Shown in pieces: positions 51,925-64,000 of a stretch of 64,000 nt of DNA. The DNA lies in contig NC_043004.1 in assembly GCF_006345805.1 (NCBI RefSeq), forward strand, positions 60,078,001 through 60,142,000, in the 5' to 3' direction. The notes beneath the pieces are model-generated. The model was not told the DNA's origin. It did no database searches and worked only from the letters and a program-made list of their open reading frames with translations. This DNA comes from Octopus sinensis (Eukaryota). Position 1 is the first letter of the stretch. Every line of letters starts with the position of its first letter. The position numbers and the translations under genes are program-made.

Positions 51925-52309
51925 ATGCGCGTGTGTGTGTGTGTGTATGTAACTTCACACGAATGAGTAAGGTGAACTTTTTCTGAATCATATAAACTGA
52001 AAAAAATGTTGTGTGAAGATAGTGACAGCGAATGAAAAAGAAAGCACGATAATGTAAGTAACTTACATCAATGGAAAATGGAAACAGAGAAAATAATTTA
52101 AAGGTTATGCGCTCAATATAAAGCGAAACAGCGATTACAAAAATTAAAGTGGAAAACTGTGTTGAAAAGGTTAAAAGATTAAATACTAAGATAACATGTC
52201 AGAAAAGGTATATCATGGAAAATGTCATATGAAAATATGTGCGATTTCATACCTATATATATACACATACATTTATATTATATATATGTTTATGTATGTT
52301 CATATATGA

Positions 52310-52427
<118 letters not shown>

Positions 52428-53049
52428 GTATATATTTAAGACGGGTTCAACGACAATTTGGAAGGAGAGCTAGAAATTGTCCGCGGTTGACTGATATTTG
52501 CGCTGAAATGGAATACGTTTGAATGCAGAACCTGAAGAACCGTACCGACACAAAGTATTTTGCTACGCACATTCGGCCATCCATCCCTCGAATGATTTTA
52601 GATATTGTTTTTGTTACGGAGATACGAAGCATCATAGTCGGAGATGGGTATCCATGTCAGCAACCCAAGACAGTTCTGTTGGAAGGAGACCAAAGAATAT
52701 TTTAAATAGATGCTTGTATATATGCGAGGATTGTACTCGCTCCGTATAATCTTTCTCGCGAGGTAACAATTCAATGTTTGTCTTTCCTCTTTGAGCATCG
52801 AATCATGGTTTTTCGTATTTTCGCTAATGCCAAAACTCTGTGAAGTTAAAATAGACCAATGGCTATAAAACTCAGGTTAGAATAGTATTACGGCTAACGT
52901 CGCAAATTCGAAGTCTTAAAATGATATGTGGATTAATTTTCGTTTTAAACTACCCAAGTAAAAACCACGGTGCTCTAAGGCATGTTTAGCAGTAACTTAT
53001 CCTTTGCTAACTTTCTGTTATTTATTCAGTGTGGGTAAAATACTTACAT

Positions 53050-53461
53050 GATACTCTTTTACTCTTTTACTTGTTTCAGTCAATTGACTGTGGCCATGCT
53101 GGAGCACCGCCTGTAGTCGAGCAACACGACCTTGGGACTTCTTTGTAAGCCCACTACTTATTCTATCGGTCTCTTTTGCCGAACCGCTAGGTGACGGGGA
53201 CGTAAACACACCAGCATCGGTTCCCAAGCAACGCTAGGGGGACAAACACAGACACAGAAACACATACGCACACATGTATATATATATATACATATATACG
53301 ACAGGCTTCTTTCGGTTTCCGTCTACCAAATCCCCTCGCAAGGCATTGGTCGGCCCGGGGCTATAGCAGAAGACACTTGCCCAAGGTGCCATGCAGTGGG
53401 ACTGAACCCGGAACCATGTGGCTGGTTAGCAAGCTACTTACCATACAGCCAATCCTGCGCC
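53050..53461 (-). mobile_element. SINE family B, full length
   Basis: Reverse complement of the 49080-49480 copy. Confidence 0.93.
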
Positions 53462-53773
53462 TGATATTTCTTTTCTTTGTTTAACAGTCTAAAATTCACG
53501 ATTCACTTGTTCGTATGGCTTTTATTGGATTTTACCTACTGCTTCCACGATATGACAATATGCACAAACAACATGCAAAATTGCGTAAAACAATGATGTG
53601 AAAACTTCAGAACTACGCGCAATAATAAATAATATGAAAATATACTTTTGAGCTGCAGTACATTCAATAAAGAATATAACTTCCAGATTTCAGTGAATGC
53701 AATTCCTGCAATGCATTTGTGAATAAAAATAAATAATGCTATGTAACTTTTGCATATAAAACGTCGAAGAACA

Positions 53774-53860
<87 letters not shown>

Positions 53861-53930
53861 CCATCCATCCATCTATCTATTTATCTATCTATCTATCTGT
53901 CTGTCTATCTATCTGTCTATCTATCCCCCT

Positions 53931-53961
<31 letters not shown>

Positions 53962-54157
53962 AGCTATATATATATAATGTGCATGTATGTCTATGTGTGC
54001 GTATGTATATATGTATATGTATGTGTGTATATATACATGTGTGTGTGTCTGTGTGTGTGTGTTTGTGTGAGTGTGTGTGTATGTGTGTGTGTGTGTGTGT
54101 GTGTGCATGTGTGTGTGTGTGTGTGCATGTGTGTGTGTGTGTGTGTGTGTGTATGTG

Positions 54158-54462
54158 GAGGTGCAATGGCCCAGTGGTTAGGGCAGCGGACTCGCGGTCG
54201 TAGGATCGCGGTTTCGATTCCCAGACCGGGCGTTGTGAGTGTTCATTGGGCGAAAGCACCTAAAAGCTCCACGAGGCTCCGGCAGGGGATGGTGGTGATC
54301 CCTGCTGTACTCTTTCACCACTCTTTCTCTCATTCTTTCTTCTGTTGGTCTGCTCGCTTAGCCAGCGTGGTGGCGTCATTCGAAGGCTAAAACAATGCGA
54401 ACGCATTGTGATCAGCGATGTGTAATTACATCTGATGGACTGGTCGGTCACGTGATCACGTG

Positions 54463-54465
<3 letters not shown>
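54158..54465 (+). mobile_element. SINE family C
   Basis: gcaatggcccagtggttagggcagcggactcgcggtcgtaggatcgcggtttcgattccc; ends tcacgtgatcacgtga before (TA)n. Confidence 0.9.
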
Positions 54466-54499
<34 letters not shown>

Positions 54500-54501
<2 letters not shown>

Positions 54502-55180
54502 ATTTCAACAATTGAGGTAAAATTAATTAATTATTAATCAATTTCACCAAGTATTCAGTATGTAAAGGGACCATTTAAGGCGAATTCAAAATATTACATT
54601 TTATAAGGGCTTATATTTTGAATTCGCCTTAAATGGTCCCTTTACATACTGAATACTTGGTGAAATTGATTAATAATTAATTAATTTTACCCTCAATTGT
54701 TGAAATTGTTGAAATTATAATTCATTTCTCTCTGTTTAATGCTTCGGTTTTCCCTGATAAAACATGGTGTTTGCTAGTTTAGCCCACCTGGGTGGAACGG
54801 GAGGGCAGAAATTCTTCGCTTGCATATTTTGAATTTGTTGGCACTGTTAGTTTGAACGGATCTTCGGAGGTGAAAAGTCGCCAAAAGAGTATGCTCCTAC
54901 TTTCAGTGTTTACAAATCCGAATTAAGAAATTTTGAGCTGACGAAAGAAATGTCGAATTGTATTTGGCTGATCTAGAAACGTACGTTCTCAAATAACCTT
55001 TGCACTTGTGATTTTTAATGTTTTTACCCCCATACCTTCGTGGGTTATTTTGAGTAAACACTATCTGAGAGAAATTTTCTTTAAGTATTGGAAATGGCTA
55101 AAAAAAATTTTTTTGGCTGCTATTTCTAATGAGTTCAGTATGTGGCAAAGTAATTTATTTTACTAAGCCCTTTATAAAAT
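54500..55180 (+). mobile_element. Fold-back element C embedded in (TA)n with internal hammerhead-like motif
   Basis: ~95-bp inverted arms 54500-54594 and 54613-54707, then ~470 bp of unique body; (TA)n on both sides. Confidence 0.7.
54932..54993 (+). ncRNA. Putative type-I hammerhead ribozyme
   Basis: tttgag CTGACGA [31-nt helix II] GAAA c gtac g TT ctcaaa: helix I is 6 perfect bp, palindromic helix III loop; the GUU triplet and 10.1/11.1 A-A are suboptimal. Confidence 0.6.
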
Positions 55181-55203
55181 ATATATATCTATATATATAT
55201 ATC

Positions 55204-55235
<32 letters not shown>

Positions 55236-56739
55236 CGCGTGTGTGTGTGTGTATGTATGAAAGTATGTATATAGTAATGTATGTATATATATTAAACAAT
55301 TCAATAATTCACAGCATTGAGAAAACATATGCTATAAAAACCTTATTCTAAAACCCAATAAAGTACAAAAACAATAAATAGTATAGTGCAAAAACAACAA
55401 ATAATCCTAGTAAAGAGTCCACGCGCGTTTCGTGGCTATATTGTATATATCTCTCTACGTATTATAACGCCGGTTTAATCATTCTTAAACAATGCACCAA
55501 GCGCAACAAATATTCATAAGAAACAAACAATTCACACTCAACAATGTATTCGTTCATCAACAATAATGCTTTATAATGTGTAAATAAAAGGATGATTTAA
55601 TTAAACCGTACAATTTAATTACTAAATCTACAAGTGTGTAACAAATCGAACCAAGTTATATCTCAGCAATAGGATATCATACATTATATAATATTTATGA
55701 TATGCAATATATCATCACATTAGCATTACGAAAACATAACCGGGTATTTATGTTCAATGTGTTTGACTGTATTGTTGAAATAGTACATGTATTTCAGAAA
55801 GCATTTATATTTCTGCAAATGTTCAAAGGCATTTCTGGCTTGTTAATCATACAGTGTGTTTTTTTTTACCTCTTCTGTGTGTGTCACCAAGTTAAAGAGG
55901 ATATGTATTTGTCTTTCATGTAACCAGTATTTATGATGGCAGGATAAATATATGAATCTATTTCGATTAGATATACTTTGATATGTTCAGCTATAACACT
56001 ATTGGTTTATGTTACTAAGCATGTGTGTGAACATATGTGCATGCTTGTGCTTATGTATGAGTGTGCGTATATGCATATATGTGTGTGTGTATATCCGTGT
56101 ATTTTATAAATACATATATGCATGTATATTTATATATATATATATACACATTATTAATGTCTCTTAAAGCAGGAATCCACTAGAGTGCTCCATAAACTAC
56201 GTTTTTGGAGATAACATACAATATTTATCCAAGTGAATAAAAAAGCAATTCGGGACACAAATATTGATATATAATATATATGTATTTTCTGGAATGCGAT
56301 TGTATTTCTGCAAGTAGTTTGCATTCATCTAAATAAATCCAGAACCATGTAATGTCAAACGGAATATGACAAATGCAAGATACTCTTGAATATGATGTAA
56401 TACAATGAATAATACACAATATAATACACAATATGACTAAACTTCTATATATACTCATACAAGTTAATTTTTTCTTATGTTTTTTTTTTTTGCTGAATAT
56501 AAATAAGTATATTTTGAACGTTGAACCTATCGTATCATACTAAGTGTTTTGAATTTCAACAATCTAATACTTGCTCATCCTTGTTTTGGACAACATGTAA
56601 CAGCATAACTATAAGCAATGGCATTCTTTCAATGACTTTTATCGTTACTTTTATCATTTCCGATTATATTGTTGAAAACGAAATTTATTATTATTTATTT
56701 CGGAATAATTTTTTCCTGCTTTTCGAGAATATAATTTAC

Positions 56740-56890
56740 CTTGGACAGCACTGGTGGCGTGGCGTGGAGAGGGGAGGCCGGTATGCATGGGCGACTGCTG
56801 GTCTTCCATGAGCAACCTTGGCCGGACTCTTGCCTGGGAGGGTACCTTTCTAGGTGCAATCCCATGGCCAGTCATGACCGAAGGGGTCTC
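56740..56890 (+). mobile_element. SINE family D, 3' part
   Basis: gcgtggagaggggaggccggtatgcatgggcgactgctgg...gtcatgaccgaaggggtctc. Confidence 0.82.
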
Positions 56891-56927
<37 letters not shown>

Positions 56928-57144
56928 ATATATATATACATATACATATGCGCCTACGCGTGTGTGCGTGCGTGTGTGTGTGTGTGTGCGCACAGGTACA
57001 TATGGAATTCTATTTAGACGCACAAGCAAATATCTATATACAGAAAGAATAAGCGAAAGGATAATCGAACGAATTTACGTTTTCTAACATATTTGCCTTG
57101 ATAGAGAAATCTTAAACTCGTGATTTTATGCTGGTATATATGGG

Positions 57145-57385
57145 GACCCTTCGGTCATGAATGACCAGGTAATAGTACCTACAAAGTTCCTCTCCGAGAC
57201 ACAAGTCCGTACAAGATTGTTTATGAAATTCCAGCATTCACCTGTGCATACCAGCCTCCCATCTCCACGCTACCGATGTTTTCCAATGGAAATGCAAAGG
57301 TCGCTACAGCTTGGTGCCTGTGATGTCGCAATTTATTTCTACAGTTGAATGATTAGGATTCACGTGAAATAAAGTGCCTTAGATA
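57145..57385 (-). mobile_element. SINE family D, diverged
   Basis: gggacccttcggtcatgaatgacc...tgcataccagcctcccatctccacgc is the inverse of family D. Confidence 0.78.
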
Positions 57386-58286
57386 GACTGCATTATTTAT
57401 AGATATCGACGTGCGCGTGTGTATATAAATGAATGTACGTATTATTAAGCACTCTGTTACAGACAACATATAAATGTAAAAGCATCTTGTTACTCTCTTC
57501 CAACATACAAGTATTAGGATGCTTAGCTGAAAAGTTTCATTACTGTTTGGTCACAAACCAGAGGATAATGATCCCTTCGATTTCGGTCGCTGAAGAGAAC
57601 TTGATTGTAATCTTTATTTTAGATAGTCAGAAACCATTACTAGCTCTGATATCAGTATTAAATTTCATATTACGCTTTGGTCGGTACTTTGATTGATAAC
57701 ATGTATTTTATGCTGGAACAACTTATATAACAAAATTAAAGATGCATTTTATGTAATTATTCTTCATTTTATGCCAGTTAGGAATATTTATATAAATAGA
57801 AACACATTACTACTGTCTTTGCATACCGAAGGATAAAGAGCTTAGCATGAAATGCTGCATTAGTCGCTTTCCGCTAATCTTTAGCGCAGAGAGTGAGGGA
57901 GAGAGAGTGAGGGTGAGAGAGGGATTAAAGAGGGAAAAGGCGAGGAGAAGCAAGAGAAAGACAGGCATTAATTTTAAATTTTAAATAAGGAAATTCGATA
58001 GTGCTAGCCACGCTTTCAACGGATTATGTCATTAATGGATCCTCTGTGATCAGGAGTATTGCTACTATGCAATGAGTAATGAGTTTCAGAAGACACGGAT
58101 TGAGTTCGTATGCCTCATGTCTATTTGTGTTAAGATAATGTCCTTTGGGTGCAGGGTTTTTTATGGCTTTCGTTACTTTATAGACTTTGTAGGGAGGTGA
58201 AAAATTTTGAATGCTGCATCAATTATTTGTGTTCTTCTGGAATGTTGAAACTAATCAAATTATTTGTTCCTTACACTGCTACATTC

Positions 58287-58560
58287 TATTGGGTTGTCCG
58301 GAAAGTTCGTACCAATTTATAGTAGCTTAAGTTTCGACTTATTTTTGAACACGGTTGAGTCCACTCCATTTAGAGCACAGTTTATATGTATCCTCGATTC
58401 ACATAGGAATTTTGATATCGAAATGTTGAAATAAAAGCTAAAAGTTTAAACGCTTATGATGACTTGCTTATTTTTGCTTCAACGTTTTAATATCCAATTA
58501 ACGTTTGGTTGGATTTCTAAAACAAATTTTTTAAAAACTATCTCATAAAAACGTCCTCAA
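58287..58560 (+). mobile_element. Mariner-type left TIR and subterminal fragment
   Basis: TA|ttgggttgtccggaaagttcgtaccaattta resembles mariner TIRs; no partner TIR found. Confidence 0.5.
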
Positions 58561-58631
58561 AACACTAATCTGTTATGCATAAGTGTGCACACCTAAGTTC
58601 ATATATGAAAAAAAACATGAGCATAACGATG

Positions 58632-58690
<59 letters not shown>

Positions 58691-58832
58691 TGTGTGTGTG
58701 TGTATGAGTGTCTGTGTGTGTGTAAATATATTTACAGACCTTGCCATAATTTCGGAGCCGATATGAAAAATATGATTCATTTATTTAATAAGTGAAACAG
58801 TATAATAAACATTCTAGAGTCAATCCTATCAA

Positions 58833-58898
58833 TATGGCTTAGTGGTTAAGAGCGGGGGCTACTAACCACAAGATTCCGAGATCGATTCCTGGCAGTCA

Positions 58899-58938
<40 letters not shown>
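58833..58938 (+). mobile_element. Short tRNA-like SINE with (TAA)n tail
   Basis: tggcttagtggttaagagc (A-box-like)...gagatcgattcc (B-box-like), then (AAT)n. Confidence 0.6.
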
Positions 58939-58940
<2 letters not shown>

Positions 58941-59259
58941 GTCTATATAGGACAGAGGTAACTCATCCAGAAGTTATACACAAATAAATAGAAGTGTGCC
59001 ATATCATGTGAAATTGGTTGAACGATTATTTCGGCATCTAGCATATATACATATATATTTATATATATATATATATATGCATATATATATATATTATATA
59101 TATATTATATATATATATATATATACTCCTACTCAATCTTTACATTTTCATTATTTGCTGTTTTCAGACAAAATTCAAAAATATAATATAATCCAATTAA
59201 AGAAAACAATTGTTTTTAGGAAGATTGAAATTTTTATATTTATATAGATATATTTTCTT

Positions 59260-60090
59260 CCACAGGTTCAAATATTACATGTCAGTCTACTTCATTTTTT
59301 GTTAAGTCTATATAGGACCGAGGTAACTAATTCCAGAAGTTATACACAAATAAATAGAATAACCTGTGGAAGGCACGCTAGATGCCGAAATATCGTTCAA
59401 CCAATTTCACATGATATGGCACTGTAAATTTTCTTTTCTCTTCAGATCTTTGAAAACGTGGAGCTGTCTATCTTTGCTGTAGAGTTGGGGAACTTATCAT
59501 CCCGGATGTGAGGCCCAACAATCAATTTTGGAGGAGGTAGCGTATGGTTTGGATTTGAATGTCGTCTTCAGGCCCAGGAATGTTATTTACTTGTAAGAGC
59601 AGAAAGAATCCCAAAACTTACACTGGCATGTCCGATCAAGTTTATCAAACTTCTTTCGTTAAAACTTTCAATGATAACATCCCCGGTTGGGTCAATGCCA
59701 GACATCCAAAGTCTCAATGGATCGGTTTGAGGAGAAAGAAACACGGGTGATGAAATGACCCCCTCAATCTCCTGACCTTAATCTCATTGAACATATGTGG
59801 TCATATTTAGGTGCCATTTAGGGGCATAAATGTTCTCCAAAAAACGAATTTCAAGCCAAACTTCGTGAAGAGTGGCAGAAAAGTATCTCAGCCACTTGCA
59901 CCAACTTAGCCTCGAGTATGCAACAACATATAAAAGCAGTTAGAAAAGCAAACAGAAGACACATCAATACTAGCTATTGATGGTATAGACTCCAGAATGC
60001 TTATTATAGCATTTTCAATTATTAAGTAAATGTGTGACAATCATATTCTGTATTTTCTCATACCTTCTCCATAATTTGGGCTAAGGCTGT
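59260..60090 (+). pseudogene. Decayed Tc1-type transposase with right TIR
   Basis: PTINFGGG..MVWI*MSSSGPG, RVMK*PPQSPDLNLIEHMWSYL (WPPQSPDLNPIE motif), CTNLASSM..HIKAVRKAN; ends ...ataatttgggctaaggctg before (TA)n. Confidence 0.82.
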
Positions 60091-60093
60091 TTA

Positions 60094-60124
<31 letters not shown>

Positions 60125-60589
60125 GCATGTATGTATGGATGTATAAACTGACTTAGCCCAAATTAAGATGAAGGGATATATATATATATATATATACATA
60201 CATACGCACGTACGTACGTACATACATACATACATACATATATACATACATGCATACATACATACATACATACATACATTCCGTTATAGGAAAACGTTTT
60301 GAATATATGGATAAAAGCTCCAAAATTATTATGCCGAAACCCTCAGATGAATTTCCGTTAATGCCTCATCACCTGGAGAAATTTATGCGTGAACATGATC
60401 TGTCCGAAGTCCATAGTTTCTATGGCATGTCCTGTAATTATGCTACGAATAATCATTGTGGAAATGCGCGTAATGAATCATTAAAACATTTATAAATTCA
60501 GTCCAATGATTATTATTAGTAGCACTATATTGGTTCCCTAGAATGGCTGCCGTCAAATGACTGAAATAAGTAAAACAATTAAAGAGAGA

Positions 60590-60647
60590 ATATATATGTA
60601 TGTATGTGTAGATGTATATGTACACACACACACACTCACATAAATAT

Positions 60648-60680
<33 letters not shown>

Positions 60681-60808
60681 CATACATATATATACATATA
60701 TATATATATATATACATATATACGTATATGTACATATATACATATACGTATATGTACATATATATATATACATATATATATATCATATATATATATATAT
60801 ATTTATGC

Positions 60809-60845
<37 letters not shown>

Positions 60846-60900
60846 ATATATAAATATATTATATATATATATATATATCCATGTATGTATGTATGTATGA
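60590..60900. repeat. Interrupted (TA)n/(CA)n array
   Basis: Directly visible. Confidence 0.95.
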
Positions 60901-61863
60901 ATATATCACTCTATAGCCAGTGCTCTACCCTTCAATGTGAACGAAAATCGTGGAGACAGAGGAACACGATGCGATAATATTGTATTTTTTTCATCCACCC
61001 CATTACCGTAACAAGTGTAGCGGATTCGTACAAAGATATATATAGTCACAGGCACACGCAGATAGATGTATCGCTAGCTAGGCAGAGAAGTAAATAGGTA
61101 AATAAAAAATATTGCACTGCTATACAGATAGAGACAGATGGACACAAACATATATGCATTTAGCTTTACGTACAATCATACATAACCAGATTGACATACA
61201 AACTTATGTTCTTTTTCTTTTTTTCAAGTTCCTTTTAGTATATGAATGGATAATTGTAAGAATTCTAAAGAGAAAATAACAACATCTAGCGAAAAATAAT
61301 AATAGTTATATGTCGAAAATAAATGGAAATTAATATAAAATATACGAAAAAATGTTTTTAAGGAAGGGAACAATATATTCATATAAGATATACAGTTAGA
61401 TTTAACTCCTACTCAATCTTTACATTTTCATTATTTGCTGTTTTCAGACAAAATTCAAAATATAATATAATCCAATTAAAGAAAAAAATTGTTTTTAGGA
61501 AGATTGAAATTTTTATATTTATATATATATTTTTTGAATTATTGTTTGATATTTATTTATTTAATATTTTAAACTAAATAGGTTTAGGTTTTATGAAGAA
61601 AACATCACTTAAATACAGTATGTTGTGATTGTACTACATTCTGAATATTTACAATACATTTTTTAATATCATAAAATACAAAATTTTCTACAAGCAGATA
61701 TAAACAGACAATACTATTTATTAGTGTATGTATGTATATTTACGTGTGTATAAATGAATTTATAAATGTATGTGTATGTTTGTACGTATATTTGTACTCA
61801 TGTATAGGTGTATATCTATTTGTGAGTGTACCTGTATATATATGTATATATATATTATATATA

Positions 61864-61895
<32 letters not shown>

Positions 61896-62116
61896 GTGTG
61901 TATGTATGTATGTATGTATGTATGTATTTGTTTGAGTGTGAGTTTATGGGGTGTATATGAACATACATTCAGACCACCAACTTACACTAAAATATCACAA
62001 ATATATTATTAAATATGCATAGACATTATATATACATATGTATGTATGTATGTATATATATATATATATATACACATATATATACATGTATATATATACA
62101 CATATATACATATATG

Positions 62117-62164
<48 letters not shown>

Positions 62165-62529
62165 CAAACATATATTCATATACATACATATATATACATA
62201 TTTATATATGCATGTATTCATTTAAAAAAAGACATACAGACTGACATATACAGGTGTATATATATATATATGTGTTCGTGTACAGATGTATGTTACTTAT
62301 ACATAACGAATGAGAGCCCATCAGTAAGACGGATACAAACGTTTAATTGAGACTATGCGGAGATCTGTATTATAATTATGGTTTGCGCAGAAGTCAGTAT
62401 TCCTCTTGATGAGCAAAAGCTATAGGTCTTTCTATAGGAGAGAGAGGGAAACAGTAATATGATGCAAAATTATCAGATGAAACTGATGATAATGAATATG
62501 AAATAAAGTGAGAAACGAAACGAATAAGG

Positions 62530-62530
62530 A

Positions 62531-62584
<54 letters not shown>

Positions 62585-62670
62585 TTATTATTATTATTAT
62601 TATTATTATTATCATTATTATCATTATTTATATTATTTTATCAGTATCATTTTTATTACTGTTATTATTA
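62530..62670. repeat. (TTA)n microsatellite
   Basis: Directly visible. Confidence 0.95.
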
Positions 62671-63609
62671 TTATTAATTGTTATTATCCTGTTCTTCACA
62701 CAATTATGTGTTGCTGCTGATGTCATACGCGTGCCATACGCCTGTGGAATGAGGTGGCAATTTCTATTGTGAAAAAATATTTTTCTAAGAATTCTCTCAG
62801 TTCCAAGGCGTATTTCCTGTATGTTTCCTGACCTAATCTAATTCCAAATTTTCAAAAATAGTTTTCTCTTCTTATCCTCACATTACTAGATACCCCGACT
62901 ACATATTGCACAGCTTCCCCCTTTTTTATTGCCCACAAATGTTTTATCTCTTACATTAGAATTCCATAGCTCTGTTTTTAATTGAATTCTTTGTCGCAAA
63001 ATTCACTCTCAAATGGATAGGCCATATTTAGATTTAAACACTGTTCATTGTGTTAATTACCAGTGACCACATATATAAGGTATTCTGAAGAAAGAGTCAG
63101 AAATCTTGTTGGTAGCTGATCAGAATCAAATAGAAATCCAGATTGCTAAACTCTTGTGGGATTTTATAATGGAGGCAAATGTAGTTCTTGAACATACAAA
63201 GGCCATACATAACAATAGTGGAGAAAGGTAATGTAGCGATATATTTGTTAATCCATGTAGCTTGCACAAAATGTCATTGATAAAGGAAACGAAAAAGTTG
63301 TAAAATATGTAAACTTGAAAATTGACATTTAGCAAACGTGGATTATAAAAACAAGAGGTCAACAAACAAAAACGAACACGATGACGATAATGATGATGAT
63401 GATGATGTTAATAATAATAGTATTTCTCGGTATCTTGTCTTTGATATAAAAGAATATATGTATTCCTTTTCTTCTTTTCGTAAGGAAAAGATATTATTAG
63501 AGACACAAAAGGTTTGTAGAAGGAACAACAGCGAGAGACAACAGTTCCACTTTAATTGACAAGAAGATATTTTGGGACTGTAACAGAAGACATACAAACT
63601 TGTTAATAT

Positions 63610-64000
63610 CCTAAGTCACCATCATTTGGCCAGGCTTGTACGGACATATGTATCTGTCTGCGCTCACCATACATTTGGTTGTGCATTAGTTCAGGGAGAC
63701 TCTCGAGGAAGCGTCCTGTGTCTCTACATATGTTGTGTTCGGACGACCTGCTCGAGTACTGCCATTCATTGACTTCCATATCAACAGCTCACTTGCTTGT
63801 TCTAGTTTAGCTTGCTTGCCACCAATGTCCCGCAGAGTGCAAGTGCATATCCTTTATATTGATGGAAAACGTAGGGATCATCATAGAGTTGTTTCTTAGC
63901 GGAATCATTTCTCCTTGATATGCTAAAACTTGCTCTAAACATTCGGGAGTAAGTTCCATCTGGCTTGGATTCCAGTTGTCAGCGTCCAGCCTATTGCTCC
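63610..64000 (-). mobile_element. RTE-clade LINE, 3' coding fragment (continues beyond window)
   Basis: Minus strand: GWTLT, DGTYSRMFRA..KKQLY, LHSAGH, ASELLIWKSMNGSTRAGRPNTTYVE. Confidence 0.75.

Noticed and set aside
52440-52760. Overlapping ORFs with slight Tc1-like HTH resemblance
   Set aside because: No convincing motif; cannot be supported without a profile search.

Overview
AT-rich, microsatellite-dense, non-coding eukaryotic DNA. The repeat families suggest a coleoid cephalopod, most likely Octopus (inference from recalled SINE/LINE families, not a database search). I recognise no intact host protein-coding gene, rRNA, true tRNA or CRISPR array; most long ORFs in the track are translated microsatellites. 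The window is a mosaic of tRNA-derived SINEs (at least four families plus a mini-SINE), decayed Tc1/mariner transposases, non-LTR retroelement fragments (Dong/R4-like, RTE, CR1/L2-like, Tx1/L1), MITE-like elements and a Helentron-like element. The most notable signals are: (i) three type-I hammerhead-ribozyme folds (10401-10482 minus, 24177-24282 on both strands, 54932-54993 plus), two of them inside fold-back elements embedded in (TA)n tracts, consistent with Penelope-like pLTR or retrozyme-type elements; (ii) several locally templated, often inverted, copies of nearby DNA inserted at (TA)n tracts; (iii) Dong/R4-like fragments flanked on both sides by (TAA)n. All structures were read by eye and need computational and experimental confirmation.
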